Shown in pieces: positions 40,901-55,965 of a DNA stretch of 64,000 nt. Source of the DNA: Hamiltosporidium tvaerminnensis FI-OER-3-3 (taxonomy: Eukaryota; Fungi; Microsporidia); NCBI GenBank assembly GCA_022605425.2, contig CM061248.1:806001-870000 (forward strand), read 5' to 3'. The notes under the pieces are model-generated. The model did no database searches, was not told the DNA's origin, and was given only the letters and a program-made list of their open reading frames with translations. The translations under genes and the position numbers were made by a program. Within the stretch, counting starts at the first letter, position 1. Every line of letters begins with the position of its first letter.

Positions 40901-42272
40901 TAAGAAATTTTCTATATGGGTTTACCTATAATATACGACAAAAGCCTAATAAATTGAAAAAAAATCACTGTATAGCATTCTTTTTATTAAATGATATCTT
41001 GTCGCAAATAATTTTTGCTTACAACTATGAACCCAAAAAAGTATAATTTTTGATAATTTGAGATAAGTTAACTAAATTAAAGAAAATATTTATCCTATTT
41101 CGTTTTATTTAACTTTTTTAAATTTCTATATTAATTTGCATTACCAGCGAATTGTAGAATTCTCTACATAAGAACAATTTCAACTAAAGCTTAAAGAAGC
41201 ATTTAAAACTCAGTTTCTCAAAACATTATAATTCAAAGTTCTTGTGAATAATAGATTAATTCAAATCGATGAAGAACCAAGTTCGAGCTTATGCAAATAT
41301 TTTAAAATTGCTGTAAGGGGTTTAGTCAGTCCAATTAATTTTCGAAATTAATAAGGCGAAATTCGAAAGAGCGTATATTATGTTTATGTTATTATTATAT
41401 TGAGATTATGGATTCAAGAAATAGATAAAAGGAGATTAAATAGCTACAAAGATATATTTCAAGGTGTGTTTATACGAGCTAAAATAGTTTTAATAATCTA
41501 AAATCATTGCTTAATGAAAAAAGGCTTATCTTCTTTTATAATTGTACATGGAAAATAGTCAATAATCATATAAGTTTAAGGAAAAAAACTATAGATATCT
41601 ACAAAAGTGAATCATTAGACTACTGATATGCGTGAACTTGGCAGTTAATAAAAATATATTCATCGAGCTCTAAATTATAAGGTGTTTTAACCGTATTAAA
41701 TGAATTAAATAAAATATTTTCCAATGCGATTAACATTTATTTAAAGTTGGATTGTACTCTTAATTCTGTATGGAAAGTCTTAAACTGTGTAACAAAAGTA
41801 AACATGAACCTGAAATATAATATATTTTTTTTTCTAAATTTCTAAACCTAAAATTTTTAACAAATAGATGTTCATATTTTAACGAAACTTTTATGATCGA
41901 ATGAAAAATTACCTTTTATAATTTAAATTTTAAGAAAAACTCGTGGGAATCACGTTTCGATAGGTTATGGAAATGATTGACATAAAATTGTAGGGAAAAG
42001 CATTTGATCAGCAAATATATGAAATTCTAGTAAATTTCATATTAGTGGTACAATTTATTAGATTTTTAACACCATTAGGGTTTAAGCTGTTTATAATTAA
42101 AAAATCTATAAAATATAGCTTATATGTGTCTTAATTTTGATCAAATCATTTTTTTAACCTTAAAATCTACATTGAATTTTGAAGCGAAAAAATAGTAAGT
42201 TAGAAATCAGGTATTACATATTAAATAAACTTACTGTAATTACATGCATTTCAAACAAATTTTAGCTAAAAG
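37970..42272. pseudogene. Cassette A (second period)
   Basis: Twin of 2565-6868 with A'-type patches. Confidence 0.55.
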
Positions 42273-42912
42273 ACTTAACATTTTAATTTTTAAAAAAGTT
42301 TGTTTAAAATATAAAATCATAGACGATAAACTAATAGGATTATTCTTTTGTTTAATTTTGTATCTATAAACCATCTAATTTGTTATTTAGATAAGAAATT
42401 CTGAAACAAGTTTTAAAAAAATATTATATAAACAGACGTAATATTGTTTGTTATGAAAACATTCCTTACATCATTCTTTCAATTTCTCTTGCTGATTATA
42501 CTTGACAAATATGACATAGAATTTATGAATATTATTACACAAAAAACCTCATCACATCTTCTGATAAATCATTCTAATAGATCAATAAGCATTTTAAAGA
42601 TTATATTGATATTAAATATATTAAATGACTTTTCGAAATTTTTACTCCCGAATAGAAGAAATGCAGTACTAAATTTCTTTGATAAGTATTTAAATTATGG
42701 CAAAAATGTACATATTTGTATATTTAAGTATCCAGAAAAACATGTTAATATCAAAAATTTGTTACCGAAAAATGAGAATGACGAGTTGAATGTATAAATT
42801 TGGGGGCTGGACAACCCCTTAAAATTGTCCCTATTAATACAAAAAAATCCTTGGGAATTAATGCAGATAAAGATGATTTAGAGAAGAGTGAAGAGGATCT
42901 AATAAAAAATTT
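42273..42912 (+). repeat. R10 core unit
   Basis: Same block, + orientation. Confidence 0.9.
42444..42797 (+). CDS. R-ORF variant
   Basis: ORF track. Confidence 0.35.
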   Translation: MFVMKTFLTSFFQFLLLIILDKYDIEFMNIITQKTSSHLLINHSNRSISILKIILILNILNDFSKFLLPNRRNAVLNFFDKYLNYGKNVHICIFKYPEKHVNIKNLLPKNENDELNV

Positions 42913-45766
42913 AAAAAAAAAAATTTAATCTTATTATTTTTTGGTCATTTAGAAACAATTTTTTTTTATAATTACACTTGTAAAAGCAATTATTTTCTAC
43001 ATATAAAATGATGTGGTGCTCTTTTAGAGTAAAATAGCATAAATTATATATTATTTGTATTATGATCATAATTTATACTTTAGGTATCGTCTTGGTTTTT
43101 CAAAAACATTTTTTCGGCTTTATCTTTGTTATTTTTTATTTAAAATGTATTTACTGGAAAGAAAATATCTACATTAAATACTAGCTTTTGGAAAAGAGTG
43201 TTAAAATTATTGTAAAAATCGGTTTATAGATTTCGGAGTGATAAAAACCACACTTTTATTATGAGTAAATCCTCCATAATCCTAAATTACAACAGGTTTA
43301 AAGAAATACATCGAAAACTAAAAAATTGGATCGAAAACAAATTGCCGTCGTAAAATTCGGCGGACGGTTTATGTAAAGAAAAAAAAATAAGGTTTAACCG
43401 GTAAAAATGATAGAAATAAAGAATTTTAAAAAGAATTGCAATAGATAAACTGACATTAAAAGACAGAGTTATTGGGCCTTTAACATGTTGGATACTACCC
43501 AGTGACGGAATATGTTGGCTTTTATTTGTTCATTTTACCCAGCAAGATTCAGATAGGATTGGAATCGGTAGTCGCTATCACTAAGAAGAAGGGAAGAAGA
43601 TATTAACGATTTCTTGAAGTAATACTATGATGCATTTAACTAAAGCAATAAATAAGATAATTTGGAACTAGGCTTAACATGGGTCTATATAAATCCGAAT
43701 TATAAACATTAATACTAGCAAAAGATTATAAAGTGAGAATTAAAACCATACTTAAATACCTTTAGATTTTCCCAAAAGCAACAAAGAAATACCGACCTGC
43801 AGAGGATAAGAAATTCAAAAAATATAATAGTTTTCTGGATCTTTTAAAAGCATTTAATATAGAAAATAATGGATTCTAAATAAATAAACAAATATATAAT
43901 ACAAAAGACTATACTAACTACATTTAAACTTTACAGTAATTTTAATCCTTGTTTATTTCTAACACCAACCCCGTAGAATATATAAAAACATGTGGTTTGC
44001 TAGTAATATATGCATTCACTAGACCTTTTAAATAATCCTTTAAATTTATAAGCAATGTACAAAATATATGTATTAAAAACCTTGAATGCATATTTCAATA
44101 GCTTTAGTCGATGCTATGATTCATCGGTATCTATATATCTTGCTTTCCATTCTTTAGAAAAATAACTATCAATTAAAAAAGAAGGAAATTAATAAGATTT
44201 TTGATAAATAACACTCTTATATGCTAGAAATCAACCAATCTTGAACTCGTAAAAAAACGAAGTTGTACAAGAGATAAACCAAAAGCCATTGCTACCTGGC
44301 GAGCTAGAATCGCAAAAAAGCGCCAACACCAAATTTCCGTCACTTTATCAAGCGACTATAAACTGTAACAGTATTAAAATAGATGATAAATTTTGATAGG
44401 TTATCATGAATTATATCAAATCTATTTATTGGCATATTTTCATCATTATTCATAATACCTATAATATGCATAGACAGTAACAATATTCAAAATAGAAAAG
44501 TGCAAAATATATTGTAGTAGTCTGCTGCATATTTTGGGCTATTGTATTTCCCTAGGAATCGAGAATATTTATTTTAAAACACCAATGGTAGAAGAAAGGA
44601 AACAACAGAACTGAAGAGATAATATAAATAGACTTTCCCTTTTAAATAACAATTCCTTAGTTACACGGGTCAACAAACCCTTTTTTTTAAAAGATGGATC
44701 CAGTATCTATAGCAGATACCTTTTGTCTAGCTGTCTCGAGAGAGGTTACGACAAATATATATGTCATTTTTTAAAAGAATTACGGGTTATTTAGAATCAG
44801 TCTCTTTTATATTCCCATAAAAGAGAATATCAAAAATAGAATCGTAGCGACCCTCTTAAATCCTAAATAATAGTATTTGGGACAAAAAAATTTCAGCCAA
44901 GTGTTTAGAATATATATTAAAATCTGTTTTAATCGGATTATGAAGCGTCTTATGTTAAAGAATTGGCATATGCTACGAAATAAATCTGGTTAGTGTGCTT
45001 CTTTTATATAAAAAAATGATTTCAATTTTAAAAAAGAATTAAAAGTAAATCTATTCAGAAATACTCTATACACCACAATTTTATTAATAGTTAAGTCTGG
45101 ACTATATCTGATTTCAAATTACAAATATATACCGATATATTTTTATGAAAAAGAAACCGAATTTAAAATACCACTTGCTGTCTAAATAACTCGACACAAC
45201 TTCTAAATATAATCGACGAAAGAAAACCAAAAAGTTTATACGTTTTTAGAAAGAAAAAACTAATATTATATGGTAAGGAACGGAAAAATCTAGTGTGTAA
45301 TAACGTAGTATGCTATTGATTGCATATTAGCAAAATTATCATATAAAGGCGGTACATATACATAGGAATATATATTTATAAAAAGCACTCAAAAATAGAC
45401 TTAGAGGTTTCGATTGTTCAATTAAGGAATTTAAGGAGCTTGCTCTTGCCATTGAAAGTCAAAGTAGAAATGAATTCTTATAATAATAATGGCAGTCATA
45501 CTGAAACAAAATTAGAATATATTCATTTGAAAAATCCCAACTAAAAAGCAGAATTAAAAAGATATTTTATATCCATAAATTAATTATGAAAAAAATATAT
45601 CTAAATATTCGTGAGAAATAGAATCACGTAATATTAAAAAAAATATTTTAAATCGAAAAAGAAAGCATTGGAAACAAAGCAAAGGCGAGATAAAACCAAG
45701 CCTAGAATAAAATTTATGATGGATTTTTAAATGAGAAACAAATAAAACTTTAAATTTTTTTTAAAT
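42913..45766 (+). pseudogene. Cassette B (second period)
   Basis: Twin of 7509-10359. Confidence 0.6.
44513..44753 (-). mobile_element. Solo LTR copy in B
   Basis: Reverse complement of 84-324. Confidence 0.7.
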
Positions 45767-46406
45767 TTTTTTTTATTAAATCCTCTTCACTGTTCTTTAA
45801 ATGATTTTTATCTGCATTAATTCTCTAAAGGATTTTTTGTGTTAATAGGGACAATTTTAAGGGGTTGTCCAGCCCCAAAAATTATATATTAAATTCGTCA
45901 TTCTCATACTTCGGTAACAAATTTTTGATATTAACATGTTTTTCTGGATATTTAAATATACAAATATGTACATTTTTGCCATAATTTAAATATTTATCAA
46001 AGAAATTTAGTACTACATTTCTTCTATTCGGGAGTAAAAATTTCGAAAAGTCATTTAAGATATTTAATATAAATATAATCTTAAAAATGCTTATTGATCT
46101 ATTATAATGATTTATCAGAAGATGTGATGAGGTTTTTTCTATAATAGTATTCATAAATTCTATGTCATATTTGTCAAGTAGAATCTGCAAGAAAAATTGA
46201 AAGAATAATGTAAGGAATGTTTTCATAACAAACAATATTACGTCTGTTTATATAATATTTTTTTAAAACTTGTTTCAGAATTTCTTATCTAAATAACAAA
46301 TTAGATGGTTTATACATACAAAATTAAACAAAAGAATAATCCTATTTGTTTATCGTCTATTATTTTATATTTTAAACAAATTTTTTTAAAAATTAAAATG
46401 TTAAGT
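45767..46406 (-). repeat. R11 core unit
   Basis: Same block, - orientation. Confidence 0.9.
45882..46235 (-). CDS. R-ORF variant
   Basis: ORF track. Confidence 0.35.
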   Translation of the reverse strand: MFVMKTFLTLFFQFFLQILLDKYDIEFMNTIIEKTSSHLLINHYNRSISIFKIIFILNILNDFSKFLLPNRRNVVLNFFDKYLNYGKNVHICIFKYPEKHVNIKNLLPKYENDEFNI

Positions 46407-48037
46407 TTTTGATAAAAATTTCTTAAAAGTAATTTTTTTAATTACAGCAAGGTAATTTATTTATGCCAAATATGATCTTCGACTTTCATTTTTAGGCTAC
46501 AAAATCTAAGGTGGATTTTAGGTTTCAATAATGAATCTATGTTTATATTCATTCATCTAATTATTTTTACCTATGTATTTTTTAGCGTTTTTCTGAATTA
46601 TGAGCAAACTTAGGAAAGCATCTAACAGTAGACCATTGAATTGCTTTCATTCTGACCTAATATATTCGAGTTATATTATGTTTGTTAAAGAAAATTTTTC
46701 TAGCTTTTTCTGTAATCTATGACACGTAATTCTCTTGGGTTTTTCAATAAACTATATATCATACTAGGTAACTTATATGATACCGTAAAATTTTTCATTT
46801 AACTATGAAATTCTGCTTTTTTAGAAACCATAGTTGAGAAATTAAGTAAATGAACATATTATATTCCATCCTATAAATAATTTTTTTTGGAATAGTTTGA
46901 ATTCTTTTTACAAAATATAAAGTAAATTAAAAGGATTAAATATTCGCAAAAGCCTGGTTAGATATTTTATTTCATTTACTATATACTAATTTGATATACT
47001 ATATACACAAAACCACCCAAATCATTTTTATTTTTTTTTGTGATTATCACTCTTTAACGCGCAAAATATTTATATTTTCTCATAAACTTTGTTTTTTTTT
47101 CAAATTAAGGAGCTGTGTTAAGTATAATTACATTTGCACTTCTGCAAAAAAGCACAGCTATCTCTCGTTCAAAAATCACCTTGAATATTTAAACTTCTTT
47201 GACTAAATCTAGTATGTAATATATATTGAATTTTTATAGTTTTGTAACCGATAGTTTGCATCATTAATATATATCCCAATGACAATATTAGCGACTTCTA
47301 ATTTAATCTATAGTATGAAAAGTTATTAGATATGACTTAAACTTCTGTACAAGAATTATAAAATTTGCTTAAAAACGAAAATAATTATTTCAATAAGTTA
47401 ATTTTGCCAAATTTTGTAAAATGATTTTATATTATACGGTTTTGCAAAAAGAGAGTTTTATATGTTGAATAACCACATATAAACTTTTTGGTGTATAATG
47501 TTTTGATAATATACCGGTTGAGGCTATTAAATATAGAAATCGAAATAAGTTAATATGAAAAAAAGATTATAAATATTTGCATGTAATTAAATCTTTATCT
47601 AAGTAAGCAGAAAACAAATTCTTTAATTTTATTCAAGAAATGCAAGACAAGAATTATTTGCGACGGAGGTATTATATGATTAAAAAATCTAACATATTGT
47701 TTGGAATTTTGAATTTTTAGAAGGTTCCTGTTGATCATTATCAAAATCATTAGGAACCCATTCGCGTTTCACAACCAAATTACACACGGAATAAAAATTA
47801 TTAAGTAGATAATGCTTTTATACTAAGCTTTCTTATACTGAAAGTTTCTATTTTTTTGCCAACTTTAATTTTTGCGGGAAAAAATATATTATATTTTTAA
47901 CACTACAAAATGAATTATGACAAATATATAATCAGTAGACTTAAAATTATAGTAATTTGCCTTTCAAAATGAGCCGCAACAGAAAATGGGGTTTTAAAAA
48001 AGAGCAGCTGATTTACGTATAGAAACTGGCAAGATAT

Positions 48038-48276
48038 TGTCGTACCCTCTCTTGAAACCCCGGTTAAAAGCTATCTTTGATAGACAGGCCCTATCTTTTA
48101 GAATAAAAAGTTTGTCAACCCTTAAATCTAAAGAATTGTTTGTATAAAGGGTTTTATTTTGGGAATATTCCAGCTCTTCCGTTCATTTCTTTCATCTAAC
48201 ATCAGGTTAAATAAAATATAATTTTATGTTTAATTAGAAAATACAATAATCTATTTTTATGTAGTAAAATACTGCG
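48038..48276 (+). mobile_element. Solo LTR copy in C
   Basis: Matches 12632-12870. Confidence 0.6.
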
Positions 48277-50518
48277 TTTAAATACGAATGATCTAAAATC
48301 ATTGTTAAAACAGATTCTAATTATGCAAGCAAGGTAAGATTTTTACTTTCTACACATCTTCATAGTCATATTGAAGCAGAAAGCAATGCAACGGGAAAGT
48401 GTAGAAAAATGCGGCGAGTTAGGTAAAAAAAAATATCAATGAAATTTATTGAACAGGCTAAGATTGACCAAAATAACATATTTTGAGACGAATTAAGTAA
48501 TTCGGAAAAAAATACGCTTAAACCTAAGAAAGAAGTTATAGATTTGGTTATATGCTTAAGTAATTAGGATATATGATGGATTTTGATTAATTATATAAAT
48601 TTTGCTTCTAAAACTGAGATTTAATTTTGATATCATTGAAAAAAAAGCTGTCAAGGCTGCAAACGTGTTTAAAATCCTATTTTCTTTGATGTGCGCTTGG
48701 TATATTACGAACAGAAAATGGAAGAAAGTTTATAAACGAACAAGATTGAATATGTATACTATGAGTTTTCATTTATTACTAAAATGTCAATGCATTCATA
48801 CCACCAAGGGCATGTGAAGAGATGTAATTAAACAATTATATGCAAGCTTGCAATTTTTTTGAGAAATGTGGATTGATTTGTAGAAAAGAATCGGACAAAG
48901 CTACACGCACACTGAGAAGATCAGTTAAAAAACTCTAATATAGGTATTATAAGGCATATGAGATAAACACTTCAATACTAAGTAGATACAATCAGTAAAG
49001 GGCATTCATGTATTTCTAAAGTAAAAGAATATCTGGAAAATACAAATAAACTATTATAATGCCATTTAATTAAGACCAAGTCGATATTGAGCATGCGATA
49101 TCTAGTAAAATCGAAATTTTCTAAGGCCTTACTTTAATATTGTAGCAAATATATAGATCATACGAAAAATGATGTGTATGCAAGATTTTTCGTAAAATAT
49201 TCATCTGGTTATTAATACTACTAAGGGGCGTTTTCGATAAAAATTAAAAGACGAAAATAGAAGGCAAAATAGTAAGCTTTAATAAGATAAAAGTTAAGAA
49301 ATCTGTTATAAGATGTGTTAGGAATGGCTTTCTAATAAAATTTGCTACAGCAAAAAATATTTTTTTTAGATTGCATAAAATGTATGGTTGTGACGAATTA
49401 TTCAATCTGAATATCAAAATGAATCGTTAAAATCTTATTTATTAAAAACCCAGATTTTTCTTTAGTATTAGTATTTCTTATCACCTTTCTATTTCAATTT
49501 CTTATTAACTGCTTTTCTTTTTTTAACTTGTTTGCATTTCTTAACATATAAAAACTTATAAATCAAGAAAATAAGACACCATAGAATAGCTTCAGAAAAG
49601 AATTTATGTCTAATATTTGATTTAAACATGTAGAATTGTTTTAATCTATATTTTTTAACTTTATATGCGAATAATTTTTTGTGATTTTTAATAGGTTTGA
49701 CAATAAATATAGGTCTGTGGGGTAAATTTTTTTAAACGAGAATATACTCATTCACTGCTTAATTTGAGCTCTTTTTTGTCTTTGATTTTTAATCTAACTG
49801 TACAAGTTATGCAGCTGATAAATTAAAAAATATTTTACAGAGCGTAGCCTTAAATGTGTGTTTGAGTGTTTTATAAAACGATTTTTTTCCTAAAAATGCA
49901 TTTCCAGAACTCTTTAAACGTAAAAAAATAAAAATTCGTGTTAAAAACCAAGTTACAGTTATTAGAATATATTATAAATCGACCTGTATAGGCCTTAAAC
50001 CCATTTCAAAAATTTCCGTATAATAAAAATGCAATTAGATTCAGCTAATGATTTTTTTTATATTTATGATGCAAAATATATATACCATAGCTCGAATAAC
50101 AGAATTTAATAATTTAATGAATATTTACTTAAGATATTGAGTTAAAAAAGTATAAGAAATTCTTTTATGTTAATTTCACCAGAGACTCTTTTGCACCTAG
50201 GCAAGATTTTAACTTGACGGGTGTAATAGAATCAACTGGATTCTTCGAAATCTTAGACATATTATCTAATTTAAGTCATTGGCAATTTGATATGTAAGAA
50301 ACCTAGTCGAAAATTAAATGTCGTTTATAAATGCTAAGAGTATAAGGGGGGTTTTAACATTATAGAATAAATAAAATGTTTAACTTGATTTTGTTTATTG
50401 GATCCCTAACAATTTAAAGTGTTTCGAATTATATAATTCTAAACTTTAACCTCAAGCCTTTACACAACTAGAGTACAGTAACGTAATTACATAATTTCTA
50501 TAAATATGATTATTTCAT

Positions 50519-51251
50519 TGTTCAGTGGTGGAGGGAGAATCACTACATAAAAAACTTTCTGCTTGGCAATGAGTGTGTGAAACTGGTGTGAGATCATTGT
50601 TTGGATTTTTGGTGGGAATAAAACCACACTAAATCCTCGGTTGTTCCATGGGAGTTGTTATGAAGAGGAGAGTTCTAAGAAAAGGAGAAACTTTTTCTAC
50701 AAATTTATTTGTAGTTTTTTATGTAACCAGATTGCAGACCGCGGCTGAACATGTAGTTAATTGCCATATAAAAGCATGGAAATCTAGCCTTGCTCACTCG
50801 GGTTAGAAGACTTAGCGCCTGGGAGATATAAAAATAAAACCATTTAAAGCTGGGAGAGCTATGTAGCAGGTTATACCTGTTGGTATGACATTGCACTGTC
50901 TAGGTTGACACCATGTAAATCTCTGAAATATATCTTAGCTAGAAGTTTATTGGGCTAAGAAATTTAAAGTAAGTGGGAATGCTGCATAGTCTTGGGGGAG
51001 CCCAGGTGGGGCTTCGGGCTCTGATCACACTCTTGCAACAGACATTAACGAAATCCGGGCAACTGCCTCGCCTATTAATTAGGTTCTACACACCTGGTAG
51101 ATGGTAGGCTTTGGGACGTAGGTATCGGAGGGGTTACTGATGAGTATTGAGGTAAAAGTTATTTATGTTAAACCTAGAACTGCGTTAATGTCATGAAAAC
51201 AAATATAACACTTGCTACTATTGTAAAAAGATGTGATATTTTTAAATAAAG
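50519..51251 (+). mobile_element. Same element, allele beta (733 bp)
   Basis: TTTCAT at 50513-50518 and 51252-51257. Confidence 0.7.
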
Positions 51252-51669
51252 TTTCATAAGTCAGAATTTTTAATTATATGAAAATGATTCGCTATTTCTT
51301 ATAGTCCCTAGTGTTATAATTACTCTATAGAAAAATTTCAAAGCGATTATAGACCATGGATTACGGCCATAAACAGAAAAAAATATATTTAAACAGTAGA
51401 GAACTCAAAACCGATACATCAGAAACAAAAAAATATTTAATGGTTAAATATTAGAAAAATTTAGAGTTTATGTCTTACTTCTATTTATACATCAATAATA
51501 AGGGTAATATAATGTAATTTATAAGTTAAAAAACAAATAATTTCTTGATATTTGAGATAAAGTAGCATTTTCTGATCTCTAAGCCTTGAAAGTCGAAAAT
51601 CATATATGACATAAATAATTTACCTTTCTGTAATTAAAAAAATTACTTTTAAGAAATTTATATCTAAAA

Positions 51670-52309
51670 ACTTAACATTTTAATTTTTAAAAAAGTTTGT
51701 TTAAAATATAAAATAATAGACGATAAACAAATAGGATTATTCTTTTGTTTAATTTTGTATGTATAAACCATCTAATTTGTTATTTAGATAAGAAATTCTG
51801 AAACAAGTTTTAAAAAAATATTATATAAACAGACGTAATATTGTTTTTTATGAAAACATTCCTTACATTATTCTTTCGATTTCTCTTGCAGATTCTACTT
51901 GACAAATATGACATAGAATTTATGAATATTATTACACAAAAAACCTCATCACATCTTCTGATAAATCATTATAATAGATCAATAAGCATTTTCAAGATTA
52001 TATTTATATTAAATATCTTAAATGACTTTTCGAAATTTTTACTCTCGAATAGAAGAAATGTAGTGCTAAATTTCTTTGATAAATATTCGAATTATGGCAA
52101 AAATGTACATATTTGTATATTTAAATATCCAGAAAAACATGTTAATATCAAAAATTTGTTACCGAAGTATGAGAATGACGAATTTAATATATAATTTTTG
52201 GGGCTGGACAACCCCTTAAAATTGTCCCTATTAACATAAAAAATCCTTTGAAGAATTAATGCAGATAAAGATGATTTAAAGAAGATTGAAGAGGATTTAA
52301 TAAAAAAAA
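51670..52309 (+). repeat. R12 core unit
   Basis: Same block, + orientation. Confidence 0.9.
51841..52194 (+). CDS. R-ORF variant
   Basis: ORF track. Confidence 0.35.
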   Translation: MFFMKTFLTLFFRFLLQILLDKYDIEFMNIITQKTSSHLLINHYNRSISIFKIIFILNILNDFSKFLLSNRRNVVLNFFDKYSNYGKNVHICIFKYPEKHVNIKNLLPKYENDEFNI

Positions 52310-54907
52310 TTTAAAAAAAAATTCAAAGTTTTATTTGTTTCTCATTTAAAAATCCATCATAAATTTTATTCTAGACTTGGTTTTATCTCGCCTTTGCTTT
52401 GTTTCCAATGCTTTCTTTTTCGATTTAAAATATTTTTTTTTAATATTACGTGATTCTATTTCTCACGAATATTTAGATATATTTTTTTCATAATTAATTT
52501 ATGAATATAAAATATCGTTTTAATGCTGCTTTTTATTGATTATTATTCAAATGAGTATATTATAGTGTTTTTTTTTGTATGATTATTTTAATTATAATAA
52601 TTTGTTCTATATTGACACCCGAGAGCAATATTTAGCGCCTCGCATTTTTTAATTGATTAATTAAAATGTATAACTGTAGTTTTGCGTTCTTTGGTTAAAT
52701 ATATGTTTATATTCATACGTATATGTACATACTTTAAATTGTCTTTATGTTAATGTGTAAAAAATTGCATACTATGTTTTTAAATATTAGATTCTTTCCG
52801 TTTAATGAAATAAAATATTGATGTTTTAATTGACGAAATGTATAACCTTTGGTTTTCTTTGATCGACTATATTTAGAAGTTTTTTAGAGTTATTTAGAGA
52901 GCAATAGATATTTGAATTCAAAGTCTTTTAAAAAAAATATCGTTATATATTGATAATTTTATATCAGATTATAGTTTGGGATTAACTATCACTAAAATTT
53001 ATGTAATTAGAGTATTTCTGAATAAATTAACTTAAATTCTTTTTGAAAGTGAAAATTTTATTTTTAAAAATGAGAAGCTTTATGATTACCGGTTTTGGTA
53101 GTAAAGTAGCGAATTTTTTTAGAATAAGGCGCTTATGGTCGATTAAAACGGTTTTTAATGTATCATATAAATTTACACCCTTTTCGTCTCGAATACATAT
53201 ATTTTAGAATTTAAACGGGTCTCTAGTTACTGTCTTCGATATTCTCTTATATAGGAATCTAACAGAGAGTAATTCTAAATAATCGGTATTTCTTTTTAAA
53301 ATAACTGATAATATTTTTTCGGTTTTCGAATTTTTATATTTGTTACAGTCTACTTTTATAATAGATATTATAAATAATCACGGATAAAATAGGCCATCGA
53401 ATAAATGGGAAATAATTTATGATAATTTATTAAAATTAGTAGTTCAAATAAATAGTGTTATGTTTCTATTAGTCGCTCCATAAGCGACAGACATTTGACA
53501 GGGCAGCTTTTAGGAATCCCGGCTCGCCAATTAGAATTTTTTTTGCTTTTCTTTTACGATCCACGTTTTTTTGGGAGTTTACAGTTGATTAAGTTTTTGA
53601 TTTATCAGGTTTAATTATTCAAAATTGTTTTAAGATCTTTTTTTTTTTTTAATTTCTTGTTATTTTTCTGACGAATAGAAATCAAAATATATAGTTGCCC
53701 TTTAGATTATATCAACTAAAGCTTTTGAGTTTGCCTTTAAAAGGGTTTGCCTTAATAAATTTAAATACATTGCTTATTAATTTACAGAATTATTCATATT
53801 ACCCAGAAAATCTGTATATTAGTATAAACCTATTTATTTTCTATATTTCACGGGTATAATATTAATAATACACAATGATTCTAATTTCCGAAACTATAAA
53901 AGCAGTTAGTATGATCTTTGGGAATATATCGTCGTTCTTTCATTCTTAATAAATTATTTTTTATATTAAAGGCTTTTATAAGAGCCATATAAATATTTAA
54001 TATTATAAATTTTTTAGACTCTGCGGTTCATATTTCATTGATTCTTTTGAAAAATTCAAGAAGGTGTTTAAATAAAGTTTTAATCCACACTTTGTGATCT
54101 TTTAATTCATTTAATGTTAATAATATGAATATATACATAGACCACCAGTAAGCCTGAATCCTATGTATCTTATGTATTTTTCTGATTAATTGCAATCTGT
54201 ATTACTTCAAAATTTAGTTAATATCTTCTTTATTTCTTCTTCATGATAGTACCTACCTATTCTAGACCACTTTTAATCATTGATGTTGAAAATAAACAAA
54301 TTTAAATCAGAAAACTCTGTCATTGTTGAGTGGTTATGACATTCATTAGTTTATTCCTCTATCTTATAAAGTCTGTATTTTTAGTTACCCTATTTCAAAA
54401 TTTCAAGTTCATCTTTTTCTCCGTCAAACTCTATACTTTTTTGTTTCATAAGTTTTAATCCGAATTCCACGAAAGGAAATTTGTTTTAAATCCAGTCCTG
54501 TGGTTAGGATTCGGGTATTTAGATCTGTTGTAATTTAGTAAAATAGAGATTGCCTCCCAGAATAAGTATGGTTTATATCCTACCAAAATGTATACAAATA
54601 TTTTTACAATAATTTTACACAATCATTACCAAGCAGCCTGTTTTTAAAGTGGTTGTTTTCTTTCCACCTAAAACATCTTAAATAAGAAAAAACAAAGTAA
54701 ATTCAGAAAATACATTTTTTGAAGAAGCTAGACGAGATCTAAATTATTGATTACAATCATAGTACAAACTATAGATAAATTGTGCCATTTTACTCTAAAA
54801 AGAGTTCTCAATCATTTTAAATATAGAAAATAATTTCTTAGTACTTGTTTTTAATAAAAAAAAGTTCTAATTTAAAAAACATAAAAAATTTTAAATATAT
54901 TTTTTTA
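52310..54907 (-). pseudogene. Cassette D (second period, same orientation as the first D)
   Basis: Twin of 16907-19502. Confidence 0.6.
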
Positions 54908-55547
54908 AATTTTTTTATTAAATCCTATTCGCTGTTCTCTAAATCATCTTTATCTGCAGTAATTCCCAAGGATTTTTTTGTGTTAATAGGGACAATTTTA
55001 AGGGGTTGTCCAGCCCCAAAAATTATACATCCAACTCGTCATTCTCATTTTTCGGTAACAAATTTTTGCTATTATCATGTTTTTCTGGATACTTAAATAT
55101 ACAAATATATACATTTTTGCCATAATTCGAATATTTATCAAAGAAATTTAGTACTACATTTCTTCTATTCGGGAGTAAAAATTTCGAAAAGTCATTAACT
55201 ATATTTAATATAAATATAATCTTGAAAATGCTTATTGATCTATTATAATGATTTATCAGAAGATGTGATGAGGTTTTTTGTGTAATAATATTCATAAATT
55301 CTATGTCATATTTGTCAAGTATAATCAGCAAGAGAAATTGAAAGAATAATGTAAGGAATGTTTTCATAACAAACAATATTACGTCTGTTTATATAATATT
55401 TTTTTAAAACTTGTTTCAGAATTTCTTATCTAAATAACAAATTAGATGGTTTATACATACAAAATTAAACAAAAGAATAATCCTATTTGTTTATCGTCTA
55501 TTATTTTATATTTTAAACAAACTTTTTTAAAAATTAAAATGTTAAGT
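54908..55547 (-). repeat. R13 core unit
   Basis: Same block, - orientation. Confidence 0.9.
55023..55376 (-). CDS. R-ORF variant
   Basis: ORF track. Confidence 0.35.
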   Translation of the reverse strand: MFVMKTFLTLFFQFLLLIILDKYDIEFMNIITQKTSSHLLINHYNRSISIFKIIFILNIVNDFSKFLLPNRRNVVLNFFDKYSNYGKNVYICIFKYPEKHDNSKNLLPKNENDELDV

Positions 55548-55965
55548 TTTTAGATATAAATTTCTTAAAAGTAATTTTTTTAATTACAGAAAGGTAAATT
55601 ATTTATGTCATATATGATTTTCGACTTTCAAGGCTTAGAGATCAGAAAATGCTACTTTATCTCAAATATCAAGAAATTATTTGTTTTTTAACTTATAAAT
55701 TACATTATATTACCCTTATTATTGATGTATAAATAGAAGTAAGACATAAACTCTAAATTTTTCTAATATTTAACCATTAAATATTTTTTTGATTCTGATG
55801 TATCGGTTTTGAGTTCTCTACTGTTTAAATATATTTTTTTCTGTTTATGGCCGTAATCCATGGTCTATAATCGCTTTGAAATTTTTCTATAGAGTAATTA
55901 TAACACTAGGGACTATAAGAAATAGCGAATCATTTTCATATAATTAAAAATTCTGACTTATGAAA

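Larger units (their letters stand above)
46407..51669. pseudogene. Cassette C (second period)
   Basis: Twin of 11000-16266. Confidence 0.6.
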
